In this document: in pieces, positions 52,171 through 64,000 of the stretch
Layout: the number at the start of each line of letters is the position of its first letter
Numbering within the stretch: position 1 is the stretch's first letter
Origin: Klebsormidium nitens
Taxonomy: Eukaryota; Plantae; Klebsormidiophyceae
Length of the DNA: 64,000 bases
NCBI GenBank assembly: GCA_000708835.1
Contig: DF237394.1
Span: forward strand, 1 to 64,000
Direction: 5' to 3'
The notes under the pieces: model-generated
Databases searched by the model: none
The model's input: the letters and a program-made list of their open reading frames with translations, nothing else
Told to the model about the DNA's origin: nothing
Made by a program: the position numbers and the translations under genes

Positions 52171-53506
52171 TCCACCAGCTCTTTCAGCATATCCTCCAAA
52201 CAAACAGAAGACCCGCTTTTTGCTAAGTTGCAAGCAGTGTCGCTGTTGGGACAGCCAGATGTCGGCCGAGTGCCTGCTGGTCTCACTCCTCAGACTTCGC
52301 GACGACAGTGCAAGTGCTCAACTGTGCCAGGATAGCACGGAGTCGAGTCGACCACTTTTTGATTCTACAAACTTTTAAGCAGAAGAGGACTTGAAGTGCT
52401 CGCAGTGCTGAAGATAGAAGCAATGCAAAGATGGCGGACTTAGCGGTTGCACTTTCCTACTATACATACAGAGACAATTGAAGTGCGGTTCAGGTACGTT
52501 CTACTTAGACAAGTTGGGAGTCTGGACTTTCAGCGCCCTTCAATGTAGCGCTTGGAGATGCACACTTACTCCAGGCGTTTGTCCAATCAAGTCAAACTTT
52601 TACAATCAAGTACAATTGATCACTCTGTTGGATCTGCAAAAGCAAAGACAAGGCCTTTAGTCTCATCTTCGAGAAGAAAACAAGTCTTCTCACAACAATC
52701 CCATTGACACCATAGCGAACTCCAGTCAAGTTTGTTGGCCTCTCATGTGTACACACTGTCTAGTTAGTAAAGCTTGAAGTGCAGCAGATTGACATGACCC
52801 CGCCTACATGCGGAAATGGTAAAGTGACGGTGCTCGGTTCCCAACACGATGATGCAATTGGGGCACGCGCATCACAGGTTAAAGCCTGCCGGGTGCCAAA
52901 ACCCTGCTCATCACCAAATGGAACCTAGCTTGAGCTAGATATGAGGACTTGCCCCATCGGTTGGCCATGATAGACAGTGCACGACAAAGTCGCTCTAGTC
53001 GCATAGTGCTTGCAAACACACCATTGCACGCGTGGCACATGCATAGGTTTTTCCAGTTGTCTGCCCCTCTTATCGCCACAATCTGCAGAATCTTGCTTCC
53101 AGTATAAAAGCATACTCAAAGAGGGTGCTTGCTTGAACGCATTCTCGTCTTATGCTTCCATTCGTTCCATCAATCATTCATTCATGCATCAGATTCAAGA
53201 AGCTTGATAGCTGCATTCCTGAATTTACTCAAGAGCTAAGCCACCATTCAATGCGAGTTGGGCAGTGGTCCTAGGCTACTAGGTACAGGCTACGGTAGCA
53301 GTACCTACCGGTACTAGAGGACTAGAGCTCGCTAGTCTCGTAGGTATACGGTACTGACGAAGTTTCATTGTTCTCTAGGAGGGACATAGCAATAGGTTCA
53401 AAGCCACCAGCATTGAACTCTGCGCATCAACTGGGATGAGTTCATCTATGCTCTAGCAGCCCCGAGTTGCGCAGCATTGTGGGGTTGTGCTGCTGCTCGG
53501 TGCCCC

Positions 53507-56500
53507 ATGTCGCGCCCTTCCCCTCGCCCGGTGCTCAACCTGAGCGGGGCCGCCATCCATGGGCCCGAGGAGGAGAAGCACCCCAGCATCCTGCTGCCCA
53601 ACCAGCAGCAAGACGTCAGCCACTTTGCAATCGACATTGGAGGTAGGCACAGACGCCGGTCTTGTTGGCACATCGAACCTGTGGGCCCTTGAATCGTACA
53701 GAGGCGATCAAAATGTATTGCAGCCGCGTCACGTTAGACAAAGTTTACAATGTGTTCATCCGGCTGAAAACCAGTGGTGCTGGGTGTGATATGCCCCATG
53801 TCTGGCGATAGATGCATTGTGATGGTGCTGAAAAGGGGCCCTCGCTGTTTCTGGCAGCTAATGAGATTGATTGAGAGGTCAATCCTTCAAAATATGAGTT
53901 TTACTTGGAGGCACAGGCCCCGCTGACTTGCGCTCCTTGTGATGTCAGGCTCTCTCATCAAGCTGGTCTACTTCTCCAAGCACCCCGACTCCACACCTCC
54001 GCTGGACCGAAGCAAGGGGCAAACACGCCCCCCAACGCCCCCTCAAGCCCCCGATGCTCTCCAAGGTATGCTGCCTGTGTGCTTCCTGATCTCGCCAGTA
54101 GGCCCCGTTTGATAAGTGCGTCTAATCAGTAGGCCTGCCGTTGATGCAGTCTGTTAATTCTTGAAAACCTTGTGTGAGCCATTGTGTGGTGTACGCACCC
54201 CCACGTGAAACTGGCCCTTGCAGAGCGCGCCAGCAGCCATGAGGGCGCCGGCACTTCCAAGGCTGCTGTCTCCTCCCCCCGCCTCAGCAGCTGGCCCTCG
54301 CTGCGCGCCGCTCTGCGCAAAGGCGGCCGCCTCCACTTCGTCAAGTTTGAGACTGCCAAGTTGAGCGGTGAGACATGCTGAGGGCAGATCTCCTATGCCG
54401 GGTCAGAGGGAGCCTGTCAAACAGGATCACCCCTCCAAGGAGACACAAGCTGCAACTAGCGGTGCCAGATATTGCTTGGGACGCTTCCTCTCCACTGGTG
54501 TGTTCAGCAATTCAGCTCTACATCCTCACTTGATTTTCGGCCTCCATCTCAAAGAGGCTTCTGTTTTTGTGCAGAGTGCCTGGAGTTCATCGAACAGAAG
54601 AAGCTGCACTATTACAAGTGAGCCACCGCATCTAGGACAGCGTTCTTTTATATGGTCAATTGAAAGCCCGGGCTCAGCGCTCGGGATGAAGGATCATGAG
54701 ACGCACTGATTGCCTTTTGTCGAAGCGTCCCCGAAAATGTAATTTGGCAATTCCCATGATCATGCATTTTGTGTCGTTTGTCAACAGTGCCATGGGGCTG
54801 GAGGGGCAGGAGGACACGGTGTGGGGCTACGGCGCAGCCAAGGACGTCACCATCAAGGTGGGCACTCATGCCGCCACCCTGGCAGGCCAGGCCCAGCTGT
54901 CAGCAGTGCGGCATCGCTGGTGTAATGACCTGTCTCTTTCGAAGCTCAGTCATCTTTGCCGTTGAGTGCGCTTGAAAAGGAAGTCCGGGCAAGGGCGTCG
55001 AGGTCTTGATCGCGCCACATGTTGATCGTCTGTGTGTGGCAGGCGACGGGCGGGGGTGCGTTCAAGTACGCTGACGTGTTCAAGGAGCGGATGGGCATCA
55101 CGCTGGAGAAGGAGGACGAGATGGAGTGCCTCGTGGCGGGGGCCAACTTCCTGCTCAAGGCAAGCCTCTGCACACCACCCCCAGCACGCCAGCGGGGAAC
55201 TGCAGGGGGAACCGCACAGCTTATGAAAGAATCCATGGCCGAGTCATGAATGCGGGATCGGTGCGCGTTGAACGAACAACAATGTGGGGTGCTCGTGAAG
55301 CAGGGAATGCTGAGCGCGTTATGTTATGAGCAAACATCGCCCGGCTGCTTTTTTGAAGCTGGACCAAGCTCGAAGGACGACGACTTAAAAGTGGGCCCAC
55401 AACGTTCACAGGCGCAGGTGCCCGCTTGGCTGACCCGAATCCCGCGTGCAGGCGGTGCGCGACGAGGCGTACACGCACATGGACGGCCGGAAGCAGTTCG
55501 TGCACTTCTCGCAGCCCAGCGACCTCTTCCCGTACCTGCTCGTCAACATCGGCTCCGGCGTCAGCATGATCAAGGTGCGCACACGACCGTATCCTGGCCC
55601 CTCCGTGGGCGGGGGCGTTCGAGGTCTTGGTTCGATTTCGTCAGAAATTACTATTTTCAAAGTGCCTTCCCTCAACACACTTCTGAATCAAACCCTGTAT
55701 CAAGGTGCCTGTCAACGGGGAGCTGGTTTCTAGAATAGGTAGAAGGTAGAAGTCGCTCTACAAGGGGCTCGAAGGTGGTTCCCAGAGACACTTGTCTAGA
55801 ACATCCGAGTCCCACACCACGCATCAAACCTGCCACTTTCGGGCAACGCGTTTGTGCCTTGGCTCATAAGGTCGCCGTTGGCGTCCTCCCAATCGTGCTG
55901 CAGAGACTGGCACCTGCGCGCCAGCGTGTGTGCACCGCCGGCTGAGGCTGTACGTGGGTGGGCGTGCAGGTGAACGAGGACAGCTCCTTTGAGCGCGTAA
56001 GCGGCACCAACCTGGGGGGCGGCACCTTCTGGGGGCTCGGCCGCCTCCTCACCAAGTGCTCCAGGTCCGTGCTCGATCATCTGCGCCGCTCGTCGTACTT
56101 CCTTGTCTAGCTCTAGTCCTTCCGGTGCGATCCCGATCGATCACTCGAGGCTATCCCAGATCGTTGGCAGGGCATGTCCAACATTGTGGTCGCTCAATTA
56201 TCGAAATAACGGTCTTTTCCCCCTCTCCGCTTTGCCGCCCAGTGCAGCATCTGACAGATGATACGCTTATGAAGACAGCTAGTGCCGTTCCGCACAAGTC
56301 GCATGCTGATACTCTCAGCACCATATCAGGAGGGCGGTGTGGTCCGAGCATGAGGACTGACGTCGCGCGCTATGTGTGCAGCTTTGACGAGATCCTGGAG
56401 ATGACGCGGCGCGGCGACAACAGTGCTGTGGACATGCTAGTGGGGGACATCTACGGCGGCATGGACTACAGCAAGGTGCGCCCGAACTGACCACGGGGGC

Positions 56501-59500
56501 CGTGCACTGCGCCCCGCCCTTATTGATTCTTATTGATCATTATGGGCTAGCCGGCGCCGCTTGTCACGCTACTCGATTGTCTCGCTTGGTTCGGATCGGT
56601 TCACATGGCACCTGAACAGCGGTTTGATAGGCCAGACTGCCCGGGTTTTCCGAGCATGCCGGGGCGGCTGGGCAGAGCCGGGTCCCTTTGCTGCTCACGC
56701 GGGTGGCCGTGTATGCACGCGCAGATTGGGCTGTCCGCGAGCACGATCGCGAGCAGTTTCGGCAAGGTGGTGTCACAGGACAAGGGCCTGGAGGACTACC
56801 GCCCCGAGGACATCGCGCTGTCGCTCGTGCGCATGGTCTCGTACAACATCGGACAGGTGAACTACGAATGGATATGCAGCCACGGACATGCCCGATCCGT
56901 CGAAACAGTCCGGATGAAGCAGCCCGCTCCTGAGCTTGCTTTGCCACTTGCTGTCCGCCACCTTCGTCCCTTGCTTCGGATCTATTTCCAGTTTGTTGCA
57001 AAAGGAAGACTTGCGACCAGCGTTATTTTTTGTCGCCCTGTCCCTAGACCGCCCACCGCGTGTGCTGCTCGTGTCCGCCTAGATCTCGGTGCTGAACGCG
57101 ATGCGGTACGGCCTGAAGCGCATTTTCTTCGGCGGCTTCTTCATCCGCGGCCACGACATCACCATGGACATCATCGCCTTCGCCATCAACTTCTGGTGAG
57201 CGCCACTCTCGGGTGCATCCCTGTACATCTTCGCGCGCCGCAGCGCCTCGGCTGACGTTGCCAAGGCTGCGTGTCACGTGAGAGCAGCACATGCACAATG
57301 CAGATCCGACTCTGCGCCCTGCCACGAACTTCCGCGTGCTGTCGTCGCAGTGGCTCGGCCCTTTCCGCTGCAGGTCCAAGGGCGCGATGCGCGCGATGTT
57401 TCTGCGGCACGAGGGGTTCCTGGGCGCGCTGGGCGCGTTCCTGAGCTACAACGACGAGGCGGGCCCGCTGCTGCAGGGCAGCACCAGCAGCCAGTTCGTG
57501 GAGCGCTTCCCCATGGGCGCGCCCTTCGCGGGCGGCGAGGTGCACGGGCCGCCCATCAAGGACCTCAACGAAAAGGTGAGGGTCAGTTCCCTAGCAACTC
57601 CGACTTCCGTCGGCTTTTTCTGGGCGGTCGCGCGAGATATGCGGCTGGAGGGCTGATACGCGCTCTGGGAGTAGGACGCTTCAGAATACAAGTGGTCCAA
57701 AAAGTGTCGGGATCATGGCAAGATTGTGAAGCCCAGCCGATGGGCAGGTGGAGAGGGTCTGCTGCAGATCGGTTTGCTATTGTGCCTTCTCTTCTTGTAT
57801 GATACCGATCCGTGCGGCGGGCAGATCACGTGGATGGAGAAGTTCGTGCGCACGGGCAGCGGCATCACGGCGCCCACCCCAACGTCGCAGCCGCCACCCG
57901 ACCTGGCGCGCACCGCGTCGGGGCCCAGCCTGCACGTCGGCGTCCTGCACCTCTACCCCTCGCTCGAGCCCTTCCCCCTCCTCGACGAACGCCAAGCGTG
58001 AGCGCTGCTGCCGAGAACCGCCCCAGGCACTGGCGCACTGCTTCAGCTGACCGCCATCGCCACCAAGCAGTCCGGACTGTTTCAAACACTCTGTTCAATC
58101 ATGCAACTTCCTAGCGGGGCTCACGACGTCGGGCGTGCTGCCTAGATTGCCCCGAGATCTGACCCCAGGATAGGACTCTCCTCCGTCCTTGCCGGCAGCA
58201 GGCTGTCTGCTGACCCGCGCGCTGCTTGCCTATCCCCTGCAGTAGCTACGAGCCCAACACCTTTGACATGGCGGATCCCGAAGAACGAGAGTGAGCCCCG
58301 GCCACTGCGCACTTACATCACGTTGCACGTTCTTTGCGGTATTGTCGACGTCATGCTGACTGAGTCAAACCCTCCGGCGGTTGACCGCCCCTTCTCTAGC
58401 TCCGCAGACGAAAGGGCGGAGGCGCAGCAGAGCCCCATGCATGGCTGTACATGATTCTCGGTGTATGCGCGCACAGGTACTGGCTGCGCATCCTGGAGGC
58501 GCACATCCCTGGCGTAGTGGAGAAGGCCGTCGCCAGCGAGGGCAGCACCGACGACGCGCAGCGCCGCGGCCACGCCTTCGCGCTCGCCTTCCAGGCGCAC
58601 CTCGCCAAGTCAGCGCCGCATCCTCTCCCTGCTCTTACGGCCGGGACTCAAGAGCCATTCAGCAAACGCGTCATGCGCTTGAACTTTCAAACGCACTTTC
58701 GTGCACCTAGACGATTACCCGCGTTCTCCTAGTTCGGCAGGGCTAGCTCGATTGGCTTGAGCCACTGTGTCGGGATCGGAGAGTTCCTCCCCTGCAACCC
58801 TTTGCGGCCTCCACTTGGCTGTGTACTGGTGCCAGATTTCGCCTTCCTAACGACGTGGCGGTTGTTGTGTGGCAGGCTGCGCGCGGAGCCTGCTGCGTAC
58901 GGGCAGCTGGGGCTGGCCAACCTGCTGGACATGCGCGAGGACTGCCTGCGCGAGTTCAGCTTCCGCGACGCCTACCGCACCGTCAAGGAGAGGTCAGCCG
59001 CTGCACCACCTGCCCCGCCGCCGCCCGGCTCCTGAGCTGCAACAAGCGGATGCCGGGCTGGGTCGTATTCACTTGGAGGCGATGCCAGTGCCCACACAAA
59101 TGCAGATTCTGGACTCTGCGCCTCGACTCAATGGCCGCCACCTTTGAATGTCTTGCTGGCCCCGTGCTTGCTGTGCCCGCTGCTTCTCACCCCCTGCCTG
59201 CGTGGCGCGGTGCAGGGAGAACGAGGCTTCTTTGGCGGTGCTGCCGGACCTGCTCGCCGAGCTGGACGCCATGACGCCCGTGAGCCCGCCGCCCTCGCAC
59301 CGCACCCTGCCGCTGACTGCTCGGGCCCGCAATTTGTTTCAGGACCTGCCCACCGACCCAGCCCCGGCTGCTGCTTCCGGCGCGGGCGCTTACGCGGTGC
59401 TAATGTGGGTGTGGTGACCGCAGGACTTGCGGCTGACGGCTCTGGTGGAGGGCGTGCTGGCGGGCAACATCTTCGACTGGGGCAGCGCGGCGTGCGTGGA

Positions 59501-61065
59501 GCTGTACCAGAGCGGGACCATCCTGGACATCTACCGCATGAGCCGCAACAAGCTCAAGCGCCCATGGAAGGCGAGCCGCCGCGCCAATTCGTCCCGTGCG
59601 GCACGATCGTGCTTCTCTTGCTGTCGAGCCGAGGAATTACTGTCAGTACTGTGGCATGGGTGCCGGCCTTGTTACCCCTTGCCCGCAGCTCTTAACGTTG
59701 TCGGTATCGCCTTCCGCAGGTCGATGACTTTGACGCGTTGAAGCAGCGCTTTCTAGGGGACGGCACGGGCCCCCGTGAGTAGCCCCACCTTTACCCCCCC
59801 GCTTGCGGTAGCCAGGCTGCGCGTGACTTCTATTCTGCACAACTGTTTCATGCTATAAGCCTGGTGCTGCAGCTTGTTGCCGCTGACCTTAATCCGCAGC
59901 ATTTGGTCCATTGACAACATCGTCGCCGTTAGCTCTTTGCATGCTGCTCTTCTTCCCAATTGGAATCTCGTACGTCATGTTGTCGCATCTCTCCTCTCAG
60001 CCCCCTCCTTTTGCCCACCTGTCTCTCACCCCGCCCCTCCCTGGCCCGCCCAGCGCCCCGGCCCCACGCGCGCGCGTTGCTGTTCGTGGACAACAGCGGT
60101 GCGGACGCGGTGCTGGGCATGATTCCGCTGGCGCGCGAGCTGCTGCGGCGCGGCACAGCCGTGGCCATGGTGGCCAACAGCCAGCCCGCCATCAACGACA
60201 TCACGCAGCCCGAGCTGGAGCACGTCCTGGACGCCGCAGCGCAGGTCAGCAACCCACTGCCGCTGCGAATAGTATGTACGATGACATAGCAAAGAGAGGG
60301 CAACAAACGCTGCCAGCGGGTTTGAAGCGATTCGCAAAGCCAGCACTATGAAGGCACGCAACAAAATAACAGTCCGGGGCATTGGTTCGTCACGCTGTTC
60401 CGTTGTGCTTTGCAGCACGATGAGCTCCTGCGGTCGGCGCTGGAGGCTGGGGCGGAAGCGAGGCGGGCCGCGGGCAATGCCGCGAGTGGCAGCGAGGGCG
60501 GGTCTGGCCCGGCACGGCTGTGGGTGGTGGGCAATGGGCACGGCAGTCCGTGCATCGACTTCCGGCGCGTGAGCGCGGAGCTGGCGGCGGCGGCGGAGGG
60601 GGCGGACCTGCTGGTGCTGGAGGGGATGGGCCGCGCGCTGCATACCAACTTCAACACGCGCTTCAAGTGCGAGGTCGTCAAGGTGAGGGCCGCTGCACCA
60701 CAACCTGTGTGGCCCCACGAACGCTTCATCGCAAGAAGGGCGTTTTACCCTCAGTGCATGCACTGCTCGATTGATACCCAGCGGCTAAAGGGCAGAGGCG
60801 TGGACTTGTGTCATCATCTATAGTATTGCACAATGCTCGATGTTACATGGTTGGCATCACATAAGGGCTTCGAGGTCTTTCGCTGGTTGTGGCCACATAT
60901 CTGCCACATATCTGGCAACCATACTGCACGCTCCTCATGGACCTTACAAAGAAGTTCCCTGTGCAGTTGGCAATGATCAAGAACCAGCGGTTGGCGGAGC
61001 GGCTGGTTGGAGGCAACATCTTTGATTGCGTCTGTAGATACGAAGTGCCTCCAGCGAGCCCCTAA
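53507..61065 (+). CDS. PANK2: Pantothenate kinase 2 (type II PanK + C-terminal DUF89/ARMT1-like phosphatase domain)
   Basis: FAIDIGGSLIKLVYF, ATGGGAFKY, PYLLVNIGSGVSMIK, GTNLGGGTFWGLG, VDMLVGDIYGG, ASSFGK, FFGGFFIR, FLRHEGFLGALGA; DUF89 motifs AGNIFDWG, FVDNSGAD, EGMGRALHTN; ends IFDCVCRYEVPPASP*. Confidence 0.95.
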
Positions 61066-62354
61066 AAGTTGGCCAGGTCTCCTCAAGATTCGATTGTTGT
61101 ATATAGCGGCAAGCTAGCCTCAGCGAGCGCTCCTGGATCGAACAGCCGAGCCTCAATTCCAGAATCTTAAAGACGTATATGAACCATGTTATATGATGGA
61201 TAATTTCTTAACAGTCATATGATTGCATTTGACCTCCAAAAAAACCCGTTGCAACGCTCCGGGCGAACCATGTTGGTTTCTCGCCCAAGCGCGGCTTGCA
61301 GTTGATTCCTTTGCAGCTCGAAAATTTCAAAGGGAAAGTGTAGATACTGATCATAATGTCATCTCGCATGCAGAACCTGCACGTACTTGAGTCAAACCTC
61401 TCGAAGCATGTGGGGGAAAAGTGATACCCATGCAGGTTCCGGCCGCAGCAATGAATGCAGAAAGTTAATCATACTCGCGGTTCTCACCATGGTAACGATA
61501 CTTCCGATTTTGTCAATAATCGGCCTGGCGCAGGCGTAGATTCGAAAAGCACGTTATGCGTTGTTTTAAGTCCTCATGTCCATGTGCCCATAGGAGGCCA
61601 ATTGGCATCAACGGGCTAATGAATCCAAGGTCGCCCACGTGGCTCTTCGGCCGGCAATAAGCGCTCTATAGCTGAAGTGCCTGGTCAAGATCTGATACGA
61701 CGGCAAACCGCATTGCCAGCCTTGTCACGCTGACGGTTGCACAAGCCTAAGCCATCTCCGACCTCAGGTGGACGTCCTAATCAATGAATTTTCGATCGAC
61801 AAGCTGTTGATTAATCAAGCTTAAGTCGAGATGCGCACGTGCACGTGCACGAGACATTTAAATGCCGTGTACCATGCTCCGAACATGATCAAACAGAGAG
61901 GAACAGCGCCATCCAATGTATACAATCCTGACTCTGATTGCAACTATCTGAAGGCCAAGGTTGATTCATGGCCGGCACCTCAAACAGTGTACTTCGGCCA
62001 GGTTGATCGCGCGGCCGCGTGCACTTAACCGGAGGGTTTTGGAGAACACAAATCCGTGCGGCCGCGAGCTTGAAAAGGAAGGTATCTTTACCCTGTGGAT
62101 CCTGACTCAGGTCGCCGAATCTCGATGACCTGCCGATAGCTTCTGCGGAAGACAGAGCGACACGGCTTTGTTCAAAACCTGGGCGGCACTTGGAGGCGCT
62201 TGCAGCACTGTGTGTTCCAATTGCGTTACCTTGTCACCTTATGAACAAAGACAAGCGCTCTCTGTTGGAGCTCGAAGGGCCCGCAAAAGTTTGAAGCAGT
62301 TGCAGGACGTTTTGAGGGGTTGTATCGATTTATAACCGCGGGCGCTGCCTGAGA

Positions 62355-63552
62355 ATGGCGTCTCGAGTCGCGCTGTTCTCCCTCACTCTCCTCGTCTCGC
62401 TCGCCGTGACCAGCTTAAGCTGCGTCGCGGGAGCCGCCCTGGTGCCGGGCCTGTCCCTGCATGACCCCGCCCTGGTGAACGCGTTCCTGCGAAGCACCAA
62501 CCTGAGCAACCCCCAGGCTTCGCACCGGAAGCACGGCGGCCGCTCCAGGTGGTCCGGTGCGACTCGCAAACGGGCGCGGCCCCGCGTCCCAGCTGTACCA
62601 GGCGCAGGCACCCAACGCCTCGTGCGCCGGGTACCCGCCACCCAATGTCACCGCTGTGCGCCTAAACACGATGCAAGTTCGTCAAGTACAAGGCTCTGAC
62701 CCTCTTCGTCTTTGTCAGCCTGTTCCCGGGACCCCCGCTCTTCGCCGTTGGCTTCGTGTCGCTCTGCTGCCTTCCCCTTGCCCCCAACATGAAGGACATC
62801 CTCATTGCGGAAGCCGAAGGGGACGCTGACGAGGAGCCGCACACGTCAAACCCCACTTCGCAATGCGAGGCCACGTCGGCACAGGAGGGGCCTCCCACCG
62901 GCTCGGCTCACGGTTTGGAGGTGGAGGCTGGCCCGTCTGGTAGTGCGCCTCCCCCTGGCGGCCCGCCTCTGTGGCACCAGGTGGGCGCCTGCTGCCTGCT
63001 GCTGGCGCAAGCTGCGGTCGGCACCCCGGCGGCCATGCCGCAGTTGGTCCCTGCCACCCACCTCGTGCGGCTCGGCCCGGTGGGTCTTCCGACCCCGCGG
63101 AGGGCCTCAACCAGTTTCTAGCTGGCAGAAACGCGAGCCTTGCTCTCACGCTGTGCGCCACGCCCAACATCACCTTCTATGTGGGCTTACCCAACAACTG
63201 CCCGCGGATGGGGGAGCCTTACGGGGTGCGCCTGCCCGTGATCTCGTTCCAGCGCCCAGAGTCGGCGTTCCTAATTTGGGTGGACATGTGCATGGTCATG
63301 ACGGGCAGTATGGCTATCTTTGGCGGCGGCGTCGGGGGTTGCCTCGCTCTGCTGCTCTGGTCGGGTGGGCCCTCTGCGGGCCTCCTCGCGAGAACCAAGA
63401 CGGGTCCGGCTACTCTCGCACGCAGCGCGGCGACGAGGACCTGGAAACAGGCGCACCGCCGGGCCACAGCCAGGCATAGCGGCCAGCAGGGACAGGCCGC
63501 GCGCTCGTCATGGGTCGTCGAGGTGACTCTTCTGGAGACAAGCCAACGGTGA
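62355..63552 (+). pseudogene. Frameshifted gene for a signal-peptide / membrane glycoprotein of unknown family (pseudogene or assembly indels)
   Basis: Signal peptide MASRVALFSLTLLVSLAVTSLSC. Protein-like segments with N-x-S/T sites and hydrophobic helices continue across three reading frames (shifts near 62515, 62670, 63080) without convincing introns. Confidence 0.4.
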
Positions 63553-64000
63553 TAGGCTGGGAGGAAAATGGGTTACTTGAGGCTGCGACACCTTTGTATG
63601 TATTATAGAGATCGGGAAAGTGAAACAATGTGTGCTCCGGGGAGATTCCTACTCCGATCTGCTCCCCTGATCTGGGTTCGTGTTTATTTAATCGACCTTT
63701 CACCTTTTCCGAAACTCAGCACAGAAAATTGAATTAGCCTACTCTTTGGTTTCGGAGACGCTTGTGTGTACCTACTGCACCTTGGAAGACGACTCGCTTT
63801 CGAAGGGGCAACCACCGGGACCGTCATCATGTTGTATCAAAAATCGATATAATTGCAGCATGACGGCAGCATCCAGTTATGCTCACAAGAACTAAAGCTG
63901 CATGCCTTTGGATCAAACCGGAACGATTGACTTTGATGCATTCAGTAGATGCCAGTGTGAGCCGGCTAGCGTACCTGCAACGTACATGGTCCACAATTCA

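Noticed and set aside
61390-61510. Possible structured ncRNA downstream of PANK2
   Set aside because: I could not match it to any snRNA, snoRNA, tRNA or riboswitch motif; an Rfam search would be needed.

Overview
Eukaryotic, GC-rich, intron-dense nuclear DNA. Gene content and (T/G)GCAG acceptors suggest a streptophyte green alga such as Klebsormidium (inference). By manual splicing and comparison with plant proteins recalled from memory I can support 9 recognisable genes: PASTICCINO1-like multi-domain FKBP (+), EamA/DMT transporter (-), FLOE-family DUF1421 prion-like protein (+), cytochrome P450 resembling CYP727/CYP20 (-), plant O-fucosyltransferase-family protein (-), RPAP1/MINIYO (+), small CDC25-like/ACR2 rhodanese (-, only exon 1 appears in the ORF track), CDPK (+) and PANK2 (kinase + DUF89, +). 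There is also a spliceable orphan gene and a frameshifted membrane-protein gene or pseudogene. Non-coding DNA holds several small TIR elements, three of which share a G-rich (G-quadruplex-like) core; the two with clear ends have unrelated TIRs, and two carry nested insertions. The most striking observation is a five-fold repeat in RPAP1/MINIYO that pairs a kinase-type site (LxRQPTP) with an LxxI/LxE PP2A-B56-type docking motif at an invariant 17-residue spacing. No rRNA, tRNA or CRISPR features could be supported.
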